The notes beneath the pieces were generated by a model. The model worked only from the letters and a program-made list of their open reading frames with translations, was not told the origin of the DNA and searched no databases. Below are positions 20,744 to 29,987 of a stretch of DNA of 64,000 bases, piece after piece (within the stretch, counting starts at the first letter, position 1; every line of letters starts with the position of its first letter). Source of the DNA: an uncultured Chlamydiales bacterium (GTDB lineage Bacteria; Chlamydiota; Chlamydiia; Chlamydiales; Rhabdochlamydiaceae); contig OY969554.1 of the NCBI GenBank assembly GCA_963700985.1, positions 1,760,001-1,824,000 on the forward strand, read 5' to 3'. A program made the position numbers and the translations under genes.

Positions 20744-21814
20744 TCAGTCCACTTCAGAATATGTTTTTGCTATAACAGGATAGACGGCGATATGCGTGTC
20801 TGCAGCCCGGTATTGAGCTACGACTTCTGATTCGTCATAGCGTCCATCTTTGGTTTTGGGGTGAGGAGGAGCATCACCGACGAGCAGAACCGCACGTTTC
20901 GCTTTTGGATCCCAGGACAGGTCGTTTTTAGCCGCAAGAAGAGCATCGAGAACTGCTTCAGGCAGATCGCCACCGCCATAAACGGTAAGGCTCTGCACGG
21001 CTTTTTCGACTTGCTTTAAGTCTTTGGTAAAGGGGGTATTCACCCTATTTAAGAAATCGTTACTGTCACGGTATTCCAGAATAGCAACCCGAATATTTTT
21101 CCTTTCCTGCAGCTGCTCTAAAAATTTAACCAAATTATCCTTTACCTGTTTGATATAAGCTCCCATGCTTGCGGTAGTATCAAGCACAAAAACTAGATCA
21201 AGCGGTTCGTTTTCGTCAGAATCTTTCAGGATTTGCACGAAAGCCTTCTCGATTGCAGGTATGAAGTCATCAGGAGAAGGAGAAAGGATATCGAGGCCCC
21301 CCGTCTCAATGGCTAAGCGTTGAAAGGCCTCTGCTACAGTATTGCCTGAAGAGCTAGCCACTAAAGTGCCGTTAAGATTTTTTGGCGAGATCGCAGCCCC
21401 AGGAGTATATCTAATGCTTGATTGCTTAAGAGGAAGACCCTCAAACATAGTTTCACAACGAGCTGTTAATTCACATTCTCCTTCCTTAGGCAAATAGGTC
21501 ACGCTCGGTGGATTGCATCTTAACTTATAGGATCCGTCTGGGATCTTACACACAGGAGGTTCGTCGCATGGTGTACTCGCATAAGCACCGGGCAGCGAAA
21601 GAGTGGGCAATTTAGAGTAAACATAGGATGCTACGCGACCGGGCAGGCTCGTAATCCAATCTTCGATCCATCCACCAACTTGTGCGGCCGCATCAACGCA
21701 TGCCACTTCGTGTTGCATCTGATCAAAGTAGTCTAATCGGCCTGAGTTTGGAGAGAGAGAAAAATCTGAATAGATACTTGAAGAGTTAGAAGGATCAGGT
21801 CTTAATTCGATCAT
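20744..21814 (-). CDS. vWA-domain protein with a CVNH-like middle region
   Basis: DLVFVLDTTASM MIDAS, GGGDLPEA, LLVGDAPPH. Upstream GSY...C...LTARC...SSI...NLNGTL pattern. Confidence 0.8.
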   Translation of the reverse strand: MIELRPDPSNSSSIYSDFSLSPNSGRLDYFDQMQHEVACVDAAAQVGGWIEDWITSLPGRVASYVYSKLPTLSLPGAYASTPCDEPPVCKIPDGSYKLRCNPPSVTYLPKEGECELTARCETMFEGLPLKQSSIRYTPGAAISPKNLNGTLVASSSGNTVAEAFQRLAIETGGLDILSPSPDDFIPAIEKAFVQILKDSDENEPLDLVFVLDTTASMGAYIKQVKDNLVKFLEQLQERKNIRVAILEYRDSNDFLNRVNTPFTKDLKQVEKAVQSLTVYGGGDLPEAVLDALLAAKNDLSWDPKAKRAVLLVGDAPPHPKTKDGRYDESEVVAQYRAADTHIAVYPVIAKTYSEVD

Positions 21815-22046
21815 AGTCCGTTACTCCGGCTGTGGTTGTGACAAGGATTGGACTCGGCAAGAAACAATTCGAATCATTTCTTTTCTTCCGCATCCAAATT
21901 CGGTTAAATGAAGCAGCAGCAGTCTACCAAGAGTTCTCAAATAAGATCAAGGGATTGAAAGCGTTGGTAATGCCAAAATGCTTACAAAACAATGATCTAA
22001 GAAGCGATGAGGATAGTCGGCATTTATACCGAAACAACAAAGCCTT

Positions 22047-22363
22047 ACGAAACTCTCTCTTAGAGGTAATTAACGCAGTTTATGCTCTTTACTGAGAGGA
22101 GATTTCCGCTGGCGGCACATTAGAAGGAATAAATTCTGCGGCCTTGGTTCTTTTGCCATTTTTTATAGAGACTATGGTCACGGGCTTGATGGGAACGCGG
22201 CTGCCGTTGAGATAACTGATTTCTCTGGTAACTCCCAAAAAGCCTTTTGTTTCACTGAGCGCCTTGAAGACATCGCCATCTAGGGCACGTTTTTGCGCAT
22301 CGAGTAGAAAATTGCCTGTATCAAAGCCAAGTGCAGCGAAAGCGTTTTCTGGGGGAACTCCAT
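22047..22363 (-). pseudogene. Duplicated 3' fragment of the ABC substrate-binding gene (317-bp imperfect direct repeat of 23381..23697)
   Basis: Colinear alignment without gaps; about 20 substitutions counted by eye. Confidence 0.9.
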
Positions 22364-22374
22364 GTGCAAACAGT

Positions 22375-22415
22375 TTGACAACGGGTTAGAATGTGGTATA
22401 TACCTAGTATATACT
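22375..22415 (+). promoter_or_regulatory. Sigma70-type promoter with twin palindromic operators for the TA-like pair
   Basis: TTGACA at 22375-22380; TGG-TATATA extended -10; palindromes ggtatatacc (22395-22404) and agtatatact (22406-22415). Confidence 0.6.
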
Positions 22416-22432
22416 GATTAAGGACGAAAAAC

Positions 22433-22903
22433 ATGTTTATCCACGACGTCTGTTCAGCCTTGGATAAGGCTAAAGTGCCCTATGCTATAGTTGGGGGATA
22501 TGCAGTGGCACTCCATGGGGCAATGAGAGGAACTGTCGATGTTGATGTCGCTATCCAGTGGTCTCTTAAAAATCTCCAAAATGCAGAAAAGGCATTGAAA
22601 CAATTAAGACTTATTTCACTGATTCCGGTGACCGCAGAAACTGTCTTTCATTTTAGAGAGGAATATATTCAAAATCGCAACTTAATCGCCTGGAATTTCT
22701 ATGACCCATCTAATCCGCTTAATCAGGTCGATATTATCATCAACTATAACCTCAAAAGCCTTCGTGAGACGAAGAAAGTCGAAACGGCTTTTGGGTCTAT
22801 CCGAATTTTATCATTGAGCGAACTGATAAAAATGAAAAAAGCCTCGGGACGGCCTCAGGATTTGGAAGATGTAAAAGCTTTAAGTAACCTATACGATGAA
22901 TAA
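22433..22903 (+). CDS. Pol-beta-like nucleotidyltransferase family protein (putative toxin)
   Basis: YAIVGGYAVALHG..RGTVDVD and LIKMKKASGRPQDLEDV. Confidence 0.8.
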   Translation: MFIHDVCSALDKAKVPYAIVGGYAVALHGAMRGTVDVDVAIQWSLKNLQNAEKALKQLRLISLIPVTAETVFHFREEYIQNRNLIAWNFYDPSNPLNQVDIIINYNLKSLRETKKVETAFGSIRILSLSELIKMKKASGRPQDLEDVKALSNLYDE

Positions 22904-23138
22904 AACGATCCAGTTCTTCACAAAAGAATACCTCGAAAGTTGCAAAGGGATGACCCCAGATCAAATTATTGAATTTCTTGAAAATTACCGAATGCTCTTC
23001 TCGAAGACTCGAGAAAAAAGCCAATTGATTAGTCTAAAAATTGAGCCGGCTCTTCTTAAAGCTTTCAAGCAGAGAGCGCAATTGGCAGGCATTCCTTATC
23101 AAACGCAGATTAAAAAACTTATGAAGGAATGGCTCTAG
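22896..23138 (+). CDS. CopG/BrnA-like ribbon-helix-helix antitoxin
   Basis: SQLISLKIEPALLKAFKQRA...GIPYQTQIKKLM; overlaps the upstream gene. Confidence 0.75.
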   Translation: MNKTIQFFTKEYLESCKGMTPDQIIEFLENYRMLFSKTREKSQLISLKIEPALLKAFKQRAQLAGIPYQTQIKKLMKEWL

Positions 23139-23422
23139 TACCCCAATTTAAAAGTTTTTGATGAACTCGTTTTGAGGTATAGAAGCCATTCACTTTTCGA
23201 CCTCATTCGTTTTTACTGATCAACGGCAAACTCCTTCCAGGCAAGCTTGATCTTTTCAGCTCTGGCTCGCAGCTCGTGATCAGAATGGACCATCTGGAGA
23301 GTATTAATCGCGCACCATGAAATAGACTTCTCTAACAGTGTTTTCAGTTGGTTTTTGTCTGAAAATTGAGTTGAGACCGAACGAAACTCTCGCTTAGAGA
23401 TGATTAACGCAGTTTATGCTAT

Positions 23423-24529
23423 TTACTCAGAGGAGATTTCCGCTGGCGGCACATTAGCAGGAATAAATTCTGCGGCCTTTGTTCTTTGGCCATTTTTTAT
23501 AGAGACAATGGTCACGGGCTTGATGGGAACGCGGCTGCCGTTGAGATAACTGATTTCTCCGGTAACTCCCTGAAAGCTTTTCGTTTCAATGAGCGCTTTG
23601 AAGACATCGCCATCTTGGGCACGTTTTTGCGCATCGAGTAGAAGATTGCCTGCATCAAAGCCAAGTGCAGCGAAAGCATTTTCTGGGGGAACTCCATATT
23701 TTTCTTTATATCGATTCCAAAAAGCAGTCACTCGGGGATCAAGCGGATCTAAAAATACGTGTGTGGTGAAATAGACATCGGAAAAAGCCGTGCTTGTGAA
23801 TAAGGGAGTATCGAAACTATCTCCACCAAAAATAGGCAGCTGTATTCCTTTTTCTCGAAGACCTGAGATCATCTCTTGCATGCGCTCGGGTCCGGCTGCT
23901 AGGAAAAGCATCTGAGGCGATCCATCGCTTATATTTTGAAAGAGGGGCGTAAAATCATCGGTCTTACTGTTAAAGATCTGTTCGGAAACAATGGAGCCCC
24001 CAATTTTATTAAAGCTCACTTTAAAGTAAGCTGCAAGCATGTGGGCATATTCCATCTCTCCATCGTACAAGATGGCAGCTGTTTTTAAGCCCAATTGATT
24101 AGATGCATACTGCGCAATCGCAGCAGCTTGAGCGTTATCGCCAAATGCGACTAAAAATAAATAATCATCGCGCAAAGGAAGAAGCGGGGATGTAGCTCCG
24201 GGTGTGATGAAGATTTTCTTTTTGAGCGCCGCTTGTTTTCCTGCAATGTCTGCCATGTCGTCATCGCTAAATCCGATCATTGCTAAAAGATCTTTTTCTG
24301 CGAGTTCTTTGGCTTGTTTAAAAATGCGGCTAAAATCTGTTTCCCCATCTTTTACAATTATCTTGGCAGAGCCATCTAGAGCAAGTTTTGTGCCATTGCA
24401 AGAAGGTTCATCCAAAGAAGATTGCGCGCCCTTGAGATTAAACATTAATCCCACAGTTGGTTTCTTCTTCGATGAACACGCAGTGCACATCAACAGCAGC
24501 ACAAGCAAAATTCCCAATTTTCTCATCAC
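23423..24529 (-). CDS. ABC transporter substrate-binding lipoprotein (LivJ/LivK-like, periplasmic binding protein type 1)
   Basis: Lipobox CTAC; ITPGATSP, FGDNAQAAA, IFGGDS, ALGFDA, FQGVTGEISY. Confidence 0.88.
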   Translation of the reverse strand: MMRKLGILLVLLLMCTACSSKKKPTVGLMFNLKGAQSSLDEPSCNGTKLALDGSAKIIVKDGETDFSRIFKQAKELAEKDLLAMIGFSDDDMADIAGKQAALKKKIFITPGATSPLLPLRDDYLFLVAFGDNAQAAAIAQYASNQLGLKTAAILYDGEMEYAHMLAAYFKVSFNKIGGSIVSEQIFNSKTDDFTPLFQNISDGSPQMLFLAAGPERMQEMISGLREKGIQLPIFGGDSFDTPLFTSTAFSDVYFTTHVFLDPLDPRVTAFWNRYKEKYGVPPENAFAALGFDAGNLLLDAQKRAQDGDVFKALIETKSFQGVTGEISYLNGSRVPIKPVTIVSIKNGQRTKAAEFIPANVPPAEISSE

Positions 24530-24716
24530 ATGGCCTTTTTCTTCGAATTTATCAGCGCGTTCTCATTCTTTAAAATAGATACTTTAGGGGGCATTCCAAT
24601 TGCTAGTGAGTACATGCTCTCATTGTGCGTATTGCGTAACCTCAAAACTCATTTCTTCTTTGGGCTTGGTTACGCAAATGCCAGAAAGAATGTTTTGCGA
24701 AGAGCACAAACCGGCG

Positions 24717-27218
24717 TTAAGGAGGACAAGGGATGGCGCCAGGACAAGATTGAACGTTAGTGATTGTTCCTGAGGTATTGATGGTGCCGACGTTAACGGA
24801 GTCTACATCGCATGGGCTTAGATTGAAGACGCCATCGCCCGGACTGGTCAACTGATAATCGGTGCTGCTGTTGTTGCCAGTAAGTGTTAGGCAGGCTGTA
24901 GGGCCTGTTAGGCTTGATCCAACAAGTACGGCTAAGCCTGTATTGTCTGATAGTGTATTGTTAGTAACAGAGGCCGCAAGGCTTGTATATTGCTCAATAT
25001 CAAGACCCGAGGCCGCATTTGAGGAGAGGTTTTGACAATTGCTGATCGTGTTGTCTGAAACATTCAATGCCAAAGAATCGATACCATCGGGGGAAAAGCT
25101 GAGGATTCCTGTCCCTTCGCAACTGTCTATTTTATTATTCAATATGGTTAGGTTAAGCGTTGAGAAATCTTGATTTACGGCAATGCCATTAGATGCGTTT
25201 CCGATATCTGTAATGGTATTGTTGTTGATTGTGATGTTACCGGTTGAGGTAGATCCCGAGCTGATTACCGCGATTGCATTGTCGTAGCATTCCGTAATTC
25301 TGTTGTTTGTTGCAAGCAGCGTCAAATCATCGACTGGAGTTGCAAGGACTGCGGCAGAGCCTCCATTATTTGACATGATGTTTTTAGATGCCGTGACTTC
25401 AAGAGTGGTAAATGCGCCCGAAGTATGCATGTAAAGAGAGTTCGATGTGTTACCGGAGAACGTATTGTCTCTTAAAGCGATTGCGCAGTTGTTGACGGTT
25501 CCACTCGAAATAACAGTTACGCTCGATCCCAAGCTTGCCTGAGATCCTGTTCCGTTATTTGTAATCGCATTGTTTAATATGCGGATATCGGCATCGACGA
25601 CGTTATTGAGGTCAAATCGGATGCTCCCGGTTGTATTGTCGTTAAAGACGTTATTCTCAATATGAGCGCCAAAGACATTGCTATTTGCCGCTATTTCCAA
25701 AGGAACACTAGAGATAGAAGTTTGGCCAGTAAATGTATTATCTGAACAATCAACTTCGGATGTTGCATTAAGAGTCAAAAAAATTCCGTTGACGTTGTCT
25801 ACAAATTGATTGTTCGTGATGGATATTGAGGCATTGTCAGGGAAGGAAGCCTCGATCGTATACGTAGTGGTGTTTTCGAATATGCAAGAAGATACTTCCA
25901 AGTTTTGAGGATTAATTCCAAAGATGGCGTCATTCATTGCAGATGTAATAGTAAAACCGCTTATGGCGTTATTGGTCGCGAGGGTAATCGCATTGCCCGC
26001 TGTATTGATATTTGTATTTGTAATCGTAGGCGAGGAGCTGCTTTGCGCTGGGATGGAGATTGTTCCTGCAGTCGTTTGTATCAACTGGTTGACACCAGAG
26101 CCCCAAAATTTCTGATTGGCTTGCAAAGCAATTCCTGAATCCATTCCAGTTGTAGTTCCATCGCCAGGAAATACATAAATGACGTCGTTAGGTCCTGAAT
26201 TGGTTTGAGCTAAGCCAAGCGTCGGGTAGGGGCTTTCATAAGTGCCGCTGGAATGGCTTGTGTTATCTACAAATACAAAGAAATAGGGTTGGCCAGTTGC
26301 AGGATCGATCGCTGTTGCGTTTTTCTTTCCTTTCCCCACGACTATGATTTCCTCTCTTCCTACGGGCTGGACCATTCGAGAGACGATTACATCAGCCATC
26401 CTGCAAGAATTGCAGGCACCTGTTTTTTTCACACGCGACCTGCCTCCAAAAGGTAGTGTAAAGGTAAGCTGCCCCTGAAATTTGTTGTGAAACATGCGGT
26501 CGTAAGAATCGCTTATTTCAAGCGTGATATACTCTTTGAATTTACCACTTATCCGTGCCTTGCCACCCCAGATATTATGGCCGATCTCACCGATGTAGTA
26601 ATAGGGTCCTGCTGCAGCATAGAAATCAAATAAACGCGATTTGGCAAAGTGAAAGCCGAGTTCAGCATCTGCGCCTTTCATGGCGAACTGATATTTTTGA
26701 GATAGGATTAGGTTATGACCAGAAAAATGGTCGAACTTCGAGTTGTAAGGAGAGGTAATTTTTTTACCGAAAGGCAGATAGCCATTAATCCGGAAGTCCC
26801 AAAGCGTACCAAGCGTTTCTAATCCAACACCTACTTGGTTATAGTTACGCTTTTTTGTATTTCTGTAATCGTAGTAGGCATTAATTCCATAAGTTCTGCA
26901 GCCCCAAATCCCTCGCATTCCGGTGCCTGCATTGGCTGCCCATCTGCCATTATCGAAGACGTGACCGCGTACGTCCATGAAAGGCATGACTGGACATTGG
27001 TTAGGATCTGGAGCTAGAAATGTTTCAAGGGTCGTGTAACCACGATTGTAACCAATGCCGCCGCCTTCGATATGTCGGGCCGCAACGCGATAGTGTTTTT
27101 CCCCATCCTGACAGATTTCTGAAGATGCTTGTTCTTTTTCATTGCTAAACACGGCACTTGCAGTAGAGCAGGCGAGAAAAAGAGCAAGCGAATAGGAGGG
27201 CATCTGGGGCATAGGCAT
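24717..27218 (-). CDS. Inverse-autotransporter beta-domain protein with right-handed beta-helix passenger
   Basis: N-terminal barrel (AANAGTG.R, GINAYYDYR, QVGVGLE.LG..WDFRINGYLP), then VFVDN...GT.E.PY.TL and N/T/I-rich repeats. Confidence 0.8.
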   Translation of the reverse strand: MPMPQMPSYSLALFLACSTASAVFSNEKEQASSEICQDGEKHYRVAARHIEGGGIGYNRGYTTLETFLAPDPNQCPVMPFMDVRGHVFDNGRWAANAGTGMRGIWGCRTYGINAYYDYRNTKKRNYNQVGVGLETLGTLWDFRINGYLPFGKKITSPYNSKFDHFSGHNLILSQKYQFAMKGADAELGFHFAKSRLFDFYAAAGPYYYIGEIGHNIWGGKARISGKFKEYITLEISDSYDRMFHNKFQGQLTFTLPFGGRSRVKKTGACNSCRMADVIVSRMVQPVGREEIIVVGKGKKNATAIDPATGQPYFFVFVDNTSHSSGTYESPYPTLGLAQTNSGPNDVIYVFPGDGTTTGMDSGIALQANQKFWGSGVNQLIQTTAGTISIPAQSSSSPTITNTNINTAGNAITLATNNAISGFTITSAMNDAIFGINPQNLEVSSCIFENTTTYTIEASFPDNASISITNNQFVDNVNGIFLTLNATSEVDCSDNTFTGQTSISSVPLEIAANSNVFGAHIENNVFNDNTTGSIRFDLNNVVDADIRILNNAITNNGTGSQASLGSSVTVISSGTVNNCAIALRDNTFSGNTSNSLYMHTSGAFTTLEVTASKNIMSNNGGSAAVLATPVDDLTLLATNNRITECYDNAIAVISSGSTSTGNITINNNTITDIGNASNGIAVNQDFSTLNLTILNNKIDSCEGTGILSFSPDGIDSLALNVSDNTISNCQNLSSNAASGLDIEQYTSLAASVTNNTLSDNTGLAVLVGSSLTGPTACLTLTGNNSSTDYQLTSPGDGVFNLSPCDVDSVNVGTINTSGTITNVQSCPGAIPCPP

Positions 27219-27427
27219 CTTTGTTTTTATCTACGTATGCTTAAAAGATTTTTTAGGATCAATTTTTTAATTGTTCAAAAGACTTTGTGGAGTGGACAAA
27301 AACGATAAGATTTCATACAGCTTTTCCCAGCCAAAATTTCATGAAGTAACCAGTAACCGGATTTGATAAAAAGAAAGTCAAAGAGAGGCTCGATGTCTGA
27401 CTTCGAATTTAACTGAACATCAAAATC

Positions 27428-29890
27428 TTAGGGGCTACATGTTCCTGGAGTCGGTGCTGTTCCCGTAGTTTGCGTAGGCGTCGGAACGTTACTTCCGCTT
27501 GAGGTGTCTAGAGTAAAGGTTCCACCTTGATTATTGAGTATGATGGGGGCAGTAGCTGCGTTGTTAGTTAGGGTAAGGCAGGTGACATCGAAGTTTTCCA
27601 CGTCAATGCCAGAACCTGATTCATCAGCAGAGATCGCATTTGCAGAAATGAGGGCATTCAATGGGCCGGTGTCGGTTTCCAAGTAGATGCCGGTTGGGCT
27701 TGTGCCTTGGGCAGAGATTGAGTTGTTCAAGATGCTTAAAGAAGAACCGCTTTCGGAAAAGGCGGCAATGCCATATGGGCCAGATCCGGTTACAGAAACA
27801 GGATTATTAGAGATGATTCCGGTTGTTACGCCACTCATAGAAATGCCAATCGCAGTGGAGCTGGAATTTGAGATAGAGATGGCGTTACCGGTTACTGTAG
27901 CAGAAAGTGGGGAGTTAACAGAGATGCCTGAGCTGCTATTTGGAGCATTTATCGCATTTCCTGTAATGATGGTCGTATCATTTGGAGCACTTGAGGTGAC
28001 AAAGATTCCATTCTGTGAAGAGTCAGGTACATAAATTGTGTTGCCACTTATTTGAGATGTAAGAATGCCTGTTGATGATGTAGTTTGTGCATAGATACCA
28101 GAGCTGTTGCTAAACGCGCTGATGTTATTATTCAATATGCTCGCATTCACGATGTTGCCGGCACCCGCTTGTGCCAGGATGGCTCCATGACCATCTCCTC
28201 CAGATGCGGAGACTGTGTTGTCTGAAATAGTGGCATTGATTAAAGCGGACTCTCCAAGGATCCAAATCGCTCCAGAAAATCCGTCGCTTGTAGCAGAGAT
28301 GTTATTATCGGTAATTGATGCATTAATAGATGAGGTCAGCAGACCATCCAATCCATTGCGTATGAAGATGGTATTGGCAGTGCTAGTGGCGGTATTTCCT
28401 GAAATGGTGGTGTCCAAGGTGTCTGTTAAAATGGTCTGAAGAGCAATAGAGGGTCCTTCAGATGTGATTTGATTATTGGCCATGAGTGTAGTGCCTCTCG
28501 CAATTAACGAAATTCCCGTCGCACCGCTTCCGCTAGCTACGTTAATGCTATTATGTCGAATGGTGCCTCCCTCGGTAGAGAAAGTGCCGGCATTCACATC
28601 ACCACTTGCAATCGCATAATTGACGCTGCCAAAGAGATTGAAGCCTGCAACTTCACAATTGTTGCCTAGTAGAACGATTTGTGAAGCGCCAGCTGTATTT
28701 GTGAGGGAAGGAGAGCTCTTTGATTGTGGATGAACGGTCACATTGCCCACAGTGGTGAGAAAGGAGTTAGAAATTCCAGATCCCAACAACCTCTGATTGT
28801 CTTGAAGCGTAATCCCTTGATTAAGTCCGGTGGTAGTGCCATCTCCAGGATATACATAAATGATGTCATAAGGCTTCGAATTTGTTTCACCTAAAGCAAG
28901 TGTCGGATAGGGGCTTTCAAAGGTGCCATCAGAATGGCTTGTGTTGTCGACAAACACAAAGTAAAGAGGCAGGCCAGTAAGCGCATTTATGGCTAGGAGC
29001 TCTTTCTTTTTATGCCCAACAACGATGATCTCTTGTCTTCCTACGGGCTGAACCATTCTGGAAGTAAGCGCATCGGCCAATTCGCAAGAGCTACGACATC
29101 CTTTTTTCTTAACGTGAGATTTTCCGCCGAAAGGAAGTGTGAGGGTAAGCTGTCCCTGAAATTTGTTATGGAACATGCGATCGTATGAATCGCTTATTTC
29201 AAGCGTCACATACTCTTTGAACTTAGCGTTGAGCCTGGCCTTGCCACCCCAGATGTTACGTCCGATCTCACCGATGTAATAATAAGGGCCTGCTGCCGCA
29301 TAAAAGTCGAATGATCGAGATTTGGCAAAGTGAAAGCCGAGTTCTGCATCTGCACCTTTCATGGCAAATTGATACTTTTGAGAGATGACCATGTGATGGC
29401 CAGAAAACTCATAAAATTTCGTGTTGTAGGGCGATGTGATCTTTTTACCAACAGGTAGATAACCATTAATGCGGAAATCCCAGAGCGTACCGAGAGTTTC
29501 TAATCCCACACCTACTTGGTTGTAGTCGCGCTTTTTCGTGTTTCTATAATCATAATAGGCATTCACTCCATAGGTTCTGCATCCCCAGATTCCGCGTAGC
29601 CCTGTGCCGGCATTAGCTGCCCACTTCCCATTATCGAAGATATGGCCGCGTACATCCAAAAAGGGCATTACAGGCCAAAGGGTGGGATCTGGAGCTAGGA
29701 ATGTTTCAAGGGTTGTATAACCACGATTGTAGCCTATGCCGCCGCCTTCGATATGTCGGGCCGCAACGCGATAGTGTTTTTCACCACTCGGACATGCATC
29801 CGATGAAGACTCAGCAGAGCTATCTGCAAAAGCCACAGAAGTAAAACAGATTAAAGATCCGGCGATTGCTTTTGCTAAGAAGCGTGTCAT
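27428..29890 (-). CDS. Inverse-autotransporter beta-domain protein, paralogue of 24717..27218
   Basis: Signal peptide; near-identical barrel region; divergent ISGNTI/ITDNNI beta-helix repeats. Confidence 0.8.
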   Translation of the reverse strand: MTRFLAKAIAGSLICFTSVAFADSSAESSSDACPSGEKHYRVAARHIEGGGIGYNRGYTTLETFLAPDPTLWPVMPFLDVRGHIFDNGKWAANAGTGLRGIWGCRTYGVNAYYDYRNTKKRDYNQVGVGLETLGTLWDFRINGYLPVGKKITSPYNTKFYEFSGHHMVISQKYQFAMKGADAELGFHFAKSRSFDFYAAAGPYYYIGEIGRNIWGGKARLNAKFKEYVTLEISDSYDRMFHNKFQGQLTLTLPFGGKSHVKKKGCRSSCELADALTSRMVQPVGRQEIIVVGHKKKELLAINALTGLPLYFVFVDNTSHSDGTFESPYPTLALGETNSKPYDIIYVYPGDGTTTGLNQGITLQDNQRLLGSGISNSFLTTVGNVTVHPQSKSSPSLTNTAGASQIVLLGNNCEVAGFNLFGSVNYAIASGDVNAGTFSTEGGTIRHNSINVASGSGATGISLIARGTTLMANNQITSEGPSIALQTILTDTLDTTISGNTATSTANTIFIRNGLDGLLTSSINASITDNNISATSDGFSGAIWILGESALINATISDNTVSASGGDGHGAILAQAGAGNIVNASILNNNISAFSNSSGIYAQTTSSTGILTSQISGNTIYVPDSSQNGIFVTSSAPNDTTIITGNAINAPNSSSGISVNSPLSATVTGNAISISNSSSTAIGISMSGVTTGIISNNPVSVTGSGPYGIAAFSESGSSLSILNNSISAQGTSPTGIYLETDTGPLNALISANAISADESGSGIDVENFDVTCLTLTNNAATAPIILNNQGGTFTLDTSSGSNVPTPTQTTGTAPTPGTCSP

Positions 29891-29987
29891 ATTTACCTTA
29901 AAGTTTTTGTGCGAGTGCGTATTCTTTTTTTGCTTTTTAACAACTTATTCAATTTAGGTCTGTCAAAAAAAACTATTCCGTCGGCAG

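Noticed and set aside
21832-22095. 87-aa ORF
   Set aside because: Alternative start codon, no recognisable motif, and it runs into the duplicated fragment.
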